Part shown: positions 1 to 8,429 of the stretch, one piece after another
Position numbering within the stretch: position 1 is the first letter of the stretch
How the letters are laid out: each line of letters starts with the position of its first letter
Origin: Fidelibacterota bacterium
Lineage (GTDB): Bacteria > Fidelibacterota > Marinisomatia > Marinisomatales > JABMOV01
NCBI GenBank assembly: GCA_046861395.1
Contig: JBHHUC010000012.1
Span: 1-43,401, forward strand
Length of the DNA stretch: 43,401 bases
Reading direction: 5' to 3'
Notes under the pieces: model-generated
The model's input: the letters and a program-made list of their open reading frames with translations, nothing else
The model's database searches: none
Told to the model about the DNA's origin: nothing
Position numbers and translations under genes: made by a program

Positions 1-302
1 AAAATAACTAATGGGGGCGAGAAAATTGAATAAATGTCACTTAAATCTTTTCATAACTTCCAAATTCAGGATTATTCAATTCATTTCTGATTAATGAATA
101 ACATCTTCAGTAAAGATAAAAGATAAAAGTGACAAAATAAATTCTCAGGTGCGTTCTTACTGAAAAAGTGTTACCCGTGTTCTGACACTAATGAGTTAAT
201 TATGTTATGTATTGATTTCACATCATCACAATGTATCTATCCAATCCTTCTTTAGTAATTATTTCTCCGGTCTCCAATTTAACTGTAATTGGAGAAATAA
301 AT

Positions 303-332
303 TTGATTTTATCCTTAAGAGACGTTTAAACT
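303..332 (+). promoter_or_regulatory. Putative sigma70-type promoter of nfeD, probably leaderless
   Basis: TTGATT (303-308), 18 nt, TAAACT (327-332), 6 nt, then ATG at 339; no Shine-Dalgarno before the ATG. Confidence 0.5.
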
Positions 333-338
333 TGATCG

Positions 339-1691
339 ATGAAAATCCGACCTTTATGCCTCGCTCTGTTTATTGTGTTAACCGGCCTCATGGCCAGCGA
401 TGTCGTTTATCGTGTTCCCATTGAAGGTACCATCGATTTGGGACTCCCTCCGTATATCGAACGATCCATTAAAGAAGCCGAAGCGGACAGAGCGGTGGCC
501 ATTATTTTCGATATTGACACCTTTGGCGGACGGGTGGACGCCGCCACCCAGATCAAGGATGCAATTTTGGATTCGAAGGTTCCTACGATAGCCTTTATCA
601 ATCGCCGGGCCATATCCGCCGGGGCACTGATTTCGTTGTCCTGTGAAACCATCTACATGACAAAAGGTGCCACCATCGGCGCTGCCACAGCCGTGGACAT
701 GCAGGGCAACAAAGGCAGCGAAAAAGTGATTAGTTATATGCGTGAGGAGCTGGCCTCAACGGCGGAAAGCCGGGGACGCAATACCGATATTGCCAAAGGG
801 ATGGTGGATGAAGAATTATCCTTTACCCATCTCGTCATTGACGGCGATACCATTGAGGTCATGGATCTAGAGGGTCGGAAAGAAGGGAAACTGATTACCC
901 TCACGACAGAACTGGCCTTGAAATACAAGATGGCGGATGGAGAAACGGAAACACTGGAAGAAGTATTTGCAGCCCTCGATATCAGCGATCCCGACCTGAA
1001 AGAAGCCCGGGAAAACTGGTCGGAAAATTTCGTTCGTTTTCTTACCAATCCCGTCGTGGCGTCACTGCTCATGACATTTGGTTTTCTGGGTATTCTATTC
1101 GAATTACAATCACCGGGCTGGGGACTCCCAGGCTCCGTCGGGCTGGCTTGTTTACTGCTGTCCCTGGGGGCCTCGTATATTGCCCAATTGGCTACCATGT
1201 CCGACGTGTTGATCATAGCGGTGGGTGTGGTCCTGATCCTGCTGGAAGTCCTGGTCATTCCCGGTTTTGGTGTGGCCGGAATCGGCGGCATCGGAATGAT
1301 TCTCTGGGGATTGTATGAACTTCTTTTACCGGATGTGCCGGTTGGAGAGGAAGTAACCACTATGGCATTGACTGGGTTTACAATTGGAATTATTGGAGCA
1401 ATTGTCGCTCTGATATTTTTATTCCGACTGATGATAAAAACAGAGTTCTGGCATAAACTGACGGCTCCTGACACACAGCGCCCAGAGGCCGGCTACCACA
1501 TTTCCCTGGGCCTGGAATCCTGGGTAGGGAAAGAAGGAACCGCTGCCACGGATTTGCATCCTTCGGGTTGGGCGGAGATCGATGGAGAACGGATTTCCGT
1601 TGTTTGCGAAGGGTCTTTTATTGACAAAGGCACGAGAATTACAATCAAAAGTGTGAACGGCAACCGCGTAGTTGTTCGTCCCCTAGATTAA
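339..1691 (+). CDS. nfeD: NfeD-family membrane-bound serine protease (long form, YqeZ/NfeD1b-like)
   Basis: Signal peptide; ClpP-like domain with DIDTFGG and AISAGALI; multi-TM region (ELQSPGWG, EVLVIPGFGVAG); C-terminal OB fold (G.A.TDLHPSG...RVVVRP); adjacent to floA. Confidence 0.93.
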   Translation: MKIRPLCLALFIVLTGLMASDVVYRVPIEGTIDLGLPPYIERSIKEAEADRAVAIIFDIDTFGGRVDAATQIKDAILDSKVPTIAFINRRAISAGALISLSCETIYMTKGATIGAATAVDMQGNKGSEKVISYMREELASTAESRGRNTDIAKGMVDEELSFTHLVIDGDTIEVMDLEGRKEGKLITLTTELALKYKMADGETETLEEVFAALDISDPDLKEARENWSENFVRFLTNPVVASLLMTFGFLGILFELQSPGWGLPGSVGLACLLLSLGASYIAQLATMSDVLIIAVGVVLILLEVLVIPGFGVAGIGGIGMILWGLYELLLPDVPVGEEVTTMALTGFTIGIIGAIVALIFLFRLMIKTEFWHKLTAPDTQRPEAGYHISLGLESWVGKEGTAATDLHPSGWAEIDGERISVVCEGSFIDKGTRITIKSVNGNRVVVRPLD

Positions 1692-1707
1692 TTAAATGAG
1701 GTAGACC

Positions 1708-2721
1708 ATGGATTTAAGTTTTGTGAGTATGTTTTTATTAGTCGCCCTGATTCTTTTTCTTTTTCTGCTTTTCTATTTTGTCCCCATTGGCCTGTGGATT
1801 CAATCCCTGGTCAGTCTGGGCATGGGAAAGATCACAATCATTGACTTAATCAGAATGCGACTACGGAAAATCGCACCGCGGCTAGTGGTGGACGGCGTAA
1901 TCAATTGTCAGAAAGCCGGACTGGAACGCGTGACGACTGAAATGCTGGAAACCCATTACCTGGCCGGAGGCGATGTCCAGAAAGTCGTGGCGGCTCTGAT
2001 CGCCGCGGAAAAAGCCAATATTCCCCTGAACTATGAAACTGCAACGGCCATCGATCTGGCCGGGCGTGACGTTCTGGATGCCGTACAAACCAGTGTGAAC
2101 CCCAAGGTGATAAATGCTCCGTCCCAGGGCTACCTGGCCGCCGTAGCCAAAGACGGGATCGAACTGAAAGCTCGCGCTCGGGTGACCGTTCGCACGAATA
2201 TTCCAGCCCTGGTGGGTGGTGCAACCGATGATACGGTTATCGCCCGTGTGGGTGAAGGCATTGTGAGCGCCATCGGTTCCGCCACAACATATTCCGATGT
2301 TCTGGAAAATCCCGATAATATTTCCAAGGAAGTATTAAACAAGGGTCTGGATTCGGGAACGGCGTTTGAAATTCTGTCCATTGATATTGCCGACCTTGAT
2401 GTGGGTAATAACGTTGGAGCGAGTTTACAGGTTGATCAGGCCGAAGCTGATCTAAGGGTGGCCAGGGCCAAAGCGGAAACGCGCCGCGCAATGGCCGTAG
2501 CGGAGGAGCAGGAGATGAAAGCCCGGACCCAGGAAATGCGCGCCAGAGTTATCGAAGCTGAAGCGGAAGTTCCCCGCGCCATGGCTCAGGCTTTCCGAGA
2601 AGGGAATCTGGGTATTTTCGATTATTATAACATGCATAATATTAAAGCAGACACCATGATGCGAGAATCGATCGCAACATCCGGTGAAGATCAAAAGCCT
2701 AACGACGAAGATGACGACTGA
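1708..2721 (+). CDS. floA: Flotillin-like protein FloA (YqfA/UPF0365)
   Basis: Motifs [56 protein letters not shown] upstream. Confidence 0.95.
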   Translation: MDLSFVSMFLLVALILFLFLLFYFVPIGLWIQSLVSLGMGKITIIDLIRMRLRKIAPRLVVDGVINCQKAGLERVTTEMLETHYLAGGDVQKVVAALIAAEKANIPLNYETATAIDLAGRDVLDAVQTSVNPKVINAPSQGYLAAVAKDGIELKARARVTVRTNIPALVGGATDDTVIARVGEGIVSAIGSATTYSDVLENPDNISKEVLNKGLDSGTAFEILSIDIADLDVGNNVGASLQVDQAEADLRVARAKAETRRAMAVAEEQEMKARTQEMRARVIEAEAEVPRAMAQAFREGNLGIFDYYNMHNIKADTMMRESIATSGEDQKPNDEDDD

Positions 2722-2723
2722 TT

Positions 2724-3227
2724 ATGGAAGGAAAAGGCTACTGGATATTCCTTCTGATCATGTATGGTCTGTCGGCGTTGATGAAACGGCGCCAACAGGC
2801 CGCCGCACGAAGGAAAATTCTGGAAGAAGATCAATCCTTTTCCGAAGAACCGAAGGAAAATAAACCCGAGCCACGCGATATTTTTCGCGAATTGTTTGAG
2901 GGAGCCTGGCTGGAAGAGGAGCAGGACACGGAACCGGTCGTGGTTCCCACCTCCTCGCCTCCGTGGCAACAGGAAGATGCCTCCGAAGACGTCATAGCGG
3001 ACCAAAAAACAGAGGAGATTCCTGAACCGAATCCCGAACAGGAAAGGTCGATTGTCAATACTCAGGTTGAGACAATCTTGACGGAAAATGTAACGAAGGT
3101 CCCATCGTCACGCAAGGTCGATACCGCCCTCCTTTATCAGCTGAAAAACACATCTGCTCTGAAAAACAGTATTCTGGTCAGGGAAATTCTGGACAAGCCG
3201 CGGTCACTAAGGCGCCGTATCAGGTAG
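2724..3227 (+). CDS. Hypothetical membrane-anchored protein, YqfB-like third gene of the nfeD-floA operon
   Basis: N-terminal TM helix, acidic low-complexity linker, C-terminal ILVREILDKPRSLR motif; starts 2 nt after the floA stop. Confidence 0.7.
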   Translation: MEGKGYWIFLLIMYGLSALMKRRQQAAARRKILEEDQSFSEEPKENKPEPRDIFRELFEGAWLEEEQDTEPVVVPTSSPPWQQEDASEDVIADQKTEEIPEPNPEQERSIVNTQVETILTENVTKVPSSRKVDTALLYQLKNTSALKNSILVREILDKPRSLRRRIR

Positions 3228-3230
3228 GAA

Positions 3231-4916
3231 TTACCGCTTAACCCGTCCGCCCTCATCTTCTTCGGTAAATATCCAGGCGGCCACTTTTCCGATTTTCAGA
3301 GGCCGGTCCAATTCCCAGTAATCAATGCCGTGATGGTAACGGGAACTGGTATCCTCCGGCGATAGGGACCGAACTTCCGTAATAATGGATAAAACCCGTT
3401 GTTTCCACAATGACATATTTTCCTCCCGCAGGTCAATCCAACCGGCACTGGCCCATTCATTAATTTTCTCAGGCGTGATTTCCAGAGATTCACGACTTAA
3501 TTGGGTGGGAATTTTTACTTGAGGACCGCGCAACAATGTTTTACCATCCTTCAGGAGAATAGGGATACCGATGGAAATGGCATGGGAACGAAAATGTTGG
3601 TTTGAAACAACATGCGCTTCAGCCTGGTCGCTCAGGTCGGCGGCGGAACGGGAAACAATATTCTTTAAATCGCCTGAAACGGTGTGCAATAAATGCGCCT
3701 CATAAAGCAGTTTGGATAAACGGGGCGGGCCAAGAATTTCAAAGGCCACGCTGGCGGAACCGTGTTTTTTCTTCAGGGCATCCATTTTTTCCAGAGCATG
3801 ATGGCGCATATAACCGGCGCGGTAAGTGGGACTCATGATGGAATTGTCCAGCGCATTAATGATATCATGACCAGTACTGTCACCAACGATTTCCATAATC
3901 ACGTTTTCGGCGATTTCTTCGGGTGTAACGAATTCCATCTGTCCCGCCGCCGTGATGGTTTCAAATTCGCCGGACGAAAAAATACCATTTTCTCCCGTAT
4001 CGATATAGACCGATTTCAATGTATCTTTCAGATCAACCCAGGATTGCTTTCCAGAAAAGCGAAATGTTTCTTCCAGGGTTTCGGCCCGCTCCACGGGGCA
4101 GTCATATAATTCGATGGGATGGCCGTGCTTATGGACTTCACCGAATTGAATTCCTTTCCAGGCGATGGCAGCGGCCGGTTTGATTTCCTTGCAAATGGGT
4201 CCGCCGGGGGTTCGTCCCATGAGAAAAAGGAGCATGGTATGAGCCCCGGCCAGGGATGTTTTACTCAGCAAGACCCGGGACGGGCGTTCTTCACTGTGGG
4301 TGTAGGGAATATTCAACCCCATGCCGCCGGTACCGGTGGTCCCGATCTTGAGATAAACACTGGTCTTATTCTTCACCATACTGCTATGAAGAATCTGGAC
4401 ATGGCGAATGATTTGGGGAATATACAGAGTGGTCATCATCTGTTCCGCGATCCTAACGAGGTCGTCGTCCCGGCGGGATAAAGAGCGGCTCAACTTATAG
4501 TAACTATTATACACATCCTGATAGGCTAAGGCTGTAGACGTGTTGACCGTATCGATGATAATATGTGGTTTATGTCGGCTGATAACCTGATGCAGGAATG
4601 AATGGGTCAGGACATCTTCCGTGAATGATTCCATTGTATCGCGCATGAGTTGATGCCGGTATTCATCACAGTTCAATAATTCATCACGTGATAAATCTTT
4701 CATGTTTTCTCTGACAAAAATATTGCCCCATTCTGGAATGTAGCTGATATCGGGATAGGTTTCAGCCATGGTGTTACAGGCTTCACGGGCTTCATGTTCG
4801 CGGAGGGACAAGACAATAACCTTTTCCGGTTTGCGGGTAGCCAGTTTATGCAGGATGGCTGTGCCTACTAGTCCCCAGCCACCAAGAATGAGAATTCTGC
4901 GATTGCGGATATCCAT
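3231..4916 (-). CDS. Uncharacterised Rossmann-fold NAD(P)-binding protein (SDR-like N-terminus, 561 aa)
   Basis: Long ORF with N-terminal ILILGGWGLVG dinucleotide-binding motif; last gene of the vor-buk-ptb operon, 3 nt after the ptb stop. Confidence 0.8.
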   Translation of the reverse strand: MDIRNRRILILGGWGLVGTAILHKLATRKPEKVIVLSLREHEAREACNTMAETYPDISYIPEWGNIFVRENMKDLSRDELLNCDEYRHQLMRDTMESFTEDVLTHSFLHQVISRHKPHIIIDTVNTSTALAYQDVYNSYYKLSRSLSRRDDDLVRIAEQMMTTLYIPQIIRHVQILHSSMVKNKTSVYLKIGTTGTGGMGLNIPYTHSEERPSRVLLSKTSLAGAHTMLLFLMGRTPGGPICKEIKPAAAIAWKGIQFGEVHKHGHPIELYDCPVERAETLEETFRFSGKQSWVDLKDTLKSVYIDTGENGIFSSGEFETITAAGQMEFVTPEEIAENVIMEIVGDSTGHDIINALDNSIMSPTYRAGYMRHHALEKMDALKKKHGSASVAFEILGPPRLSKLLYEAHLLHTVSGDLKNIVSRSAADLSDQAEAHVVSNQHFRSHAISIGIPILLKDGKTLLRGPQVKIPTQLSRESLEITPEKINEWASAGWIDLREENMSLWKQRVLSIITEVRSLSPEDTSSRYHHGIDYWELDRPLKIGKVAAWIFTEEDEGGRVKR

Positions 4917-4919
4917 GTT

Positions 4920-5750
4920 TTAGTCTCCTTCTGCCAGTAAAACGCCGAGGGCGATTGAATTGAGTTTACTATCTTTGCTATCCGACCGGGATAGTAGCAC
5001 AATGGGTACGCGGGCCCCCAGGATGATTCCGCCGCCGATGGCACCTCCCAGGCTCAGCAGCGCTTTTACAATATGATTGACAGCCGTGATGGACGGCCCA
5101 ATAAAAATGTCGGTACAGCCGGCAATCTCCGATGCAATACCCTTTAGTTCGGCCGCCGAACGGGACAGAGCTACATCCAGGGCAATGGGTCCTTCCAGAC
5201 AGAAATTTTGACGACCCGCATAGCGTTTCACGGTTCGGTCGGCAAATACCGTTTCTGGAAGAGATTCCGTGATTTTTTCCACTAGGGTTAACAGGGCGAT
5301 ATTCGGTCGGGGAATGTCACACGCGCCGGTTACCTGTAACGCGTTTTCGATTATGCTATCAACTGTGTTATCATCAAGGTGAAGATTGACGCCACCATCC
5401 GTCCAGAACATGAGCTTGTCGTAGGCCGGCGATTCCACCACCGCCACATGGGAAAGACGCTGCTGGGTGGTAAGTCCCGTCGTTTTGTCCAAAACGGCTT
5501 GCAGCAGGGTTGCCGTGTCCAGATCCCCCTTCATCAGGAGGGATGCGTTTCCCGCACGAACGGCTGCGACGGCCTGGCGGGCGGCCTCTGCCGGGTCCTG
5601 AGCTCGGAAAAGGCTGGGACGAATCCATCCTTCGGCCTCGGCCGCATCCAGCGCTTCCAGGATGTGGGACTGTTTTGGTTCCACAACGGCCAGTGTAACA
5701 GGAGACTGGCGGCGCAGGGCGGCGTATAAATGAGAATAGGAAGTGATCAT
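4920..5750 (-). CDS. ptb: Phosphate butyryltransferase / phosphate acyltransferase
   Basis: LLMKGDLDTATLLQAVLD, LSHVAV, EGPIALDVALS, GARVPIVLLSRSDS; ATGA overlap with the buk stop. Confidence 0.9.
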   Translation of the reverse strand: MITSYSHLYAALRRQSPVTLAVVEPKQSHILEALDAAEAEGWIRPSLFRAQDPAEAARQAVAAVRAGNASLLMKGDLDTATLLQAVLDKTTGLTTQQRLSHVAVVESPAYDKLMFWTDGGVNLHLDDNTVDSIIENALQVTGACDIPRPNIALLTLVEKITESLPETVFADRTVKRYAGRQNFCLEGPIALDVALSRSAAELKGIASEIAGCTDIFIGPSITAVNHIVKALLSLGGAIGGGIILGARVPIVLLSRSDSKDSKLNSIALGVLLAEGD

Positions 5751-6793
5751 GCGTATTCCCGGGCAGTTTCCCGGCCGGTCAGGACGCGATATACACCGGC
5801 GGCCAGTGCTTCCAGTTCAAAGGATCCGGGATAGATTTGAATGGGTGAAATGAAGGGGAAATTTGCTGTGATATTTTCTGTAAACCGCGGTGACCGGATT
5901 AAACCGCCAGTGAGAATCAAACCGGAAAGATCCCCGCCAAAGGTGGCATACAGTCCCCCGATTTCCTTGGTGATCTGGTAAATCATGGCTTCATAGATCA
6001 GTTGCGCTTTTTCATCACCATTTGCCACCCTGGTTTCCACCTCGCGCAAATCGTTGGTGCCCAGGTAACCCGCCTGACCACTCTTTTTCGTTAATATTCG
6101 TTCCACCTCGGCCCGGGTCATTTTTCTGTCGTAGATAAGATCCATGAATCCGGCCAGAGGCAAAGCGCCGGCCCGCTCCACCGAAAAAGGTCCCATGCCC
6201 AACAGGGCATCGTTGGTATCAATTATTTTTCCCCCGACCACGGCTGCGATAGAAAATCCGCCGCCTAGATGGGCAGTAATTACACGTGTGTTGTCTGGGT
6301 CAAGATTATGGTCCCGGCAAAAACGGTGAAAACAATGGCGAATATTCAGAGCATGACTACGGCTTTTTCGTTCAATGCCGGGGACCCCGGAAATCCGTGC
6401 CAATGGTATGAAATCATCGGTGGTAACGGGATCAACCACGTACACCGGAGCGTCCCACTGCGGAGCCAAATCCTGGCCCAGCAATGCGCCTAAATTGGAG
6501 GCGTGATTGGCATAGGTTCCCTGTTCATAGGCGAGAACCATGGCCTCGGAGACGGCATATACTCCGGCTGCAACCGGCTTAAGAGGACCGCCCCGTGCGG
6601 CGATGGCATCAACCTGTTTCAGATTGATATGAGGTTTAATGGCTACCAGACGTAGGGATCGTTGCTCTAGGACCCGGTGAGGAAGGGATGTGCCGGTATG
6701 GTCGATGGCCCGGCGCCAGATGAGGGATTGATCTTGGAAATAGCCGATTTCCGTGGAGGTTGAACCGGGATTCAGGGCCAGGATAAAGAAGAC
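5747..6793 (-). CDS. buk: Butyrate (branched-chain carboxylate) kinase; true start lies upstream of the ORF-track start and is unresolved
   Basis: Manual translation upstream of 6541 stays open and gives VFFILALNPGSTSTEIG...AARGGPLKPV; downstream HASNLG, VDPVTTD, SHALN, AHLGGGFS, GPFSVERAG, ILTGG are Buk motifs. Confidence 0.9.
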   Translation of the reverse strand, partial: VFFILALNPGSTSTEIGYFQDQSLIWRRAIDHTGTSLPHRVLEQRSLRLVAIKPHINLKQVDAIAARGGPLKPVAAGVYAVSEAMVLAYEQGTYANHASNLGALLGQDLAPQWDAPVYVVDPVTTDDFIPLARISGVPGIERKSRSHALNIRHCFHRFCRDHNLDPDNTRVITAHLGGGFSIAAVVGGKIIDTNDALLGMGPFSVERAGALPLAGFMDLIYDRKMTRAEVERILTKKSGQAGYLGTNDLREVETRVANGDEKAQLIYEAMIYQITKEIGGLYATFGGDLSGLILTGGLIRSPRFTENITANFPFISPIQIYPGSFELEALAAGVYRVLTGRETAREYA

Positions 6794-6805
6794 GCACGCT
6801 CCTGA

Positions 6806-7072
6806 TCATTGGCCGGACGGTTCGGAGCCGAAGGAAGCGGCAATGCCGGCGGTGGAAAATTGATTGGCCCGGAATTCGTCAAGTTTAGCTTTTAATATTT
6901 TATAATGATCCACCTCCATCTCCGCCAACTGCACCAGAAATGCTTTCATGTCTGGATCACTGGTCCGATTGGATGCTTCGATATAATAATCATAGGCCTC
7001 CTGTTCTTCATTCATGGCATAGGTCAATATTTCTTCGATTGACGTGAAAGGAGTGAGTTTCTTGGCATCCAT
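6806..7072 (-). CDS. Small ferritin/rubrerythrin-like protein (two-helix half domain)
   Basis: AMNEEQEAYDYY and LAEMEVDHY di-iron-type motifs; SD GGAG upstream. Confidence 0.85.
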   Translation of the reverse strand: MDAKKLTPFTSIEEILTYAMNEEQEAYDYYIEASNRTSDPDMKAFLVQLAEMEVDHYKILKAKLDEFRANQFSTAGIAASFGSEPSGQ

Positions 7073-7080
7073 AAGAACTC

Positions 7081-7632
7081 CTAGGTTGTGATCAATTCCC
7101 CTACCAGTTTCTGCCCGTTTTCCAGGGCCTTTTGATTCAGGGGCAGTAAATGGTGGTGGCGCTCCGGGAGTACTTTTTTCAGGGCTGCCAGGACGGAGGC
7201 AATCGTGACGACGGGTCGCACGGCCAGGATTGCGCCCAGCATGACCATATTCATGATTTTCCTGTTTTCCAGGCGCACCGCTTCCTCCATGGCTGAGATT
7301 TCCAACAGGGTAATGTCATCACGGGTTGGTTTGGTCAGAATATTATTTGCTTCATAGAGCAGAAACCCAGAGGGCTTGACCGCCAATTCGAATTTTTCCA
7401 GGGACGGTTGATTGAGGATAACAGCCAGATCGAAGGCATTGATAATGGGCGAACTGATACGGTCATCGGAAATAATGACGTTGCAGTTGGCCGTACCGCC
7501 CCGCATTTCGGGACCGTAACTGGGCATCCATGATACTTCTTTGTTTTCCAACATACCGGCGTAGGCCAGGGTCATGCCCATGGACAGAACACCCTGCCCG
7601 CCAAAACCGGCGATGATAATTTCGTCTTTCAT
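7081..7632 (-). CDS. 2-oxoacid:ferredoxin oxidoreductase gamma subunit
   Basis: AGFGGQG, PSYGPEMRGGTA, NMVMLGA. Confidence 0.93.
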   Translation of the reverse strand: MKDEIIIAGFGGQGVLSMGMTLAYAGMLENKEVSWMPSYGPEMRGGTANCNVIISDDRISSPIINAFDLAVILNQPSLEKFELAVKPSGFLLYEANNILTKPTRDDITLLEISAMEEAVRLENRKIMNMVMLGAILAVRPVVTIASVLAALKKVLPERHHHLLPLNQKALENGQKLVGELITT

Positions 7633-7637
7633 GATGT

Positions 7638-8429
7638 CTAAACCTTTGGTGGTGTTTTTATATCACCTAATTCATAATGTTTGAAAATCGTGCTATCCAG
7701 CCATTGATTTGACTGAACCGGTGTCATTTTCCAACCGGAAGGACAGTTGGAAACGAATTCGATGAAACTGGTTCCGCCCTTTCCTTCCATCTGATACTTG
7801 AAAGCGGTGGTGAGAGCCTTTTTTGCCTTACGGACCGCCTTGGCTGTATTTACGGCCTGGCGAGTTACATAATAGGCACCGGACAAGAGAGAAATCATGG
7901 GCGCGATACTCAAGGGATGGCCGTGCTGTTGCAGGTCCCGTCCCTCCGGTGTGGTGGATGTAATTGACCCTTCCAGCGTCGTGGGCGCCATTTGTCCACC
8001 GGTCATACCATAGATGCCATTATTGATGAAGATCATGACAATGTTTTCGCCCCGGTTAATGGTATGAATGGTTTCCGCCGTCCCGATGGCGGCCAGATCA
8101 CCGTCGCCCTGGTAGGAGAAAACCATTCGATCTGGTAACATACGTTTGATGCCGGTGGCCACGGCGGTGGCTCGTCCATGGGCGGCTTCCTGCATGTCGA
8201 TATCCATGTAATGATAGGCGAAAACAGCACAACCTACGGGGGCCACGCCGATGGTACGTTCGGTAATTCCCAGTTCCCGTATCACTTCCATGATGAGACG
8301 ATGCACGACGGAGTGACCGCAGCCGGGACAGTAGTGCATAGTCGTTTCAATCAACGTACTGGGTCGCGCCCAGACCGTATCCATGTCTTCCAAATATTCA
8401 CACTGTATGCCTTCTTGAATCGGTTCCAT
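7638..8429 (-). CDS. 2-oxoacid:ferredoxin oxidoreductase beta (TPP-binding) subunit, VOR type
   Basis: YCPGCGH, HGRA, GDGD...NN TPP motif, YGMTGGQ. Confidence 0.93.
   Translation of the reverse strand: MEPIQEGIQCEYLEDMDTVWARPSTLIETTMHYCPGCGHSVVHRLIMEVIRELGITERTIGVAPVGCAVFAYHYMDIDMQEAAHGRATAVATGIKRMLPDRMVFSYQGDGDLAAIGTAETIHTINRGENIVMIFINNGIYGMTGGQMAPTTLEGSITSTTPEGRDLQQHGHPLSIAPMISLLSGAYYVTRQAVNTAKAVRKAKKALTTAFKYQMEGKGGTSFIEFVSNCPSGWKMTPVQSNQWLDSTIFKHYELGDIKTPPKV

Noticed and set aside
1..270. Gene or RNA in the AT-rich window start (including ORF 212-424)
   Set aside because: Only very short or motif-less frames; no recognisable RNA structure; upstream context is truncated.
734..1474. 246-aa antisense ORF in nfeD, and the many other shadow ORFs in the track
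   Set aside because: They lie opposite or inside well-supported genes and show no protein motifs; expected from codon bias.
5747..6541. ORF-track start of buk at 6541
   Set aside because: It omits about 84 in-frame codons containing the conserved NPGSTST and RGG motifs.
6806..6808. Genome-wide UGA reassignment as the explanation for the ferritin-buk junction
   Set aside because: TGA ends several conserved genes at their expected C-termini (floA, tdk, buk, ABC ATPase and permease), so the standard code applies.
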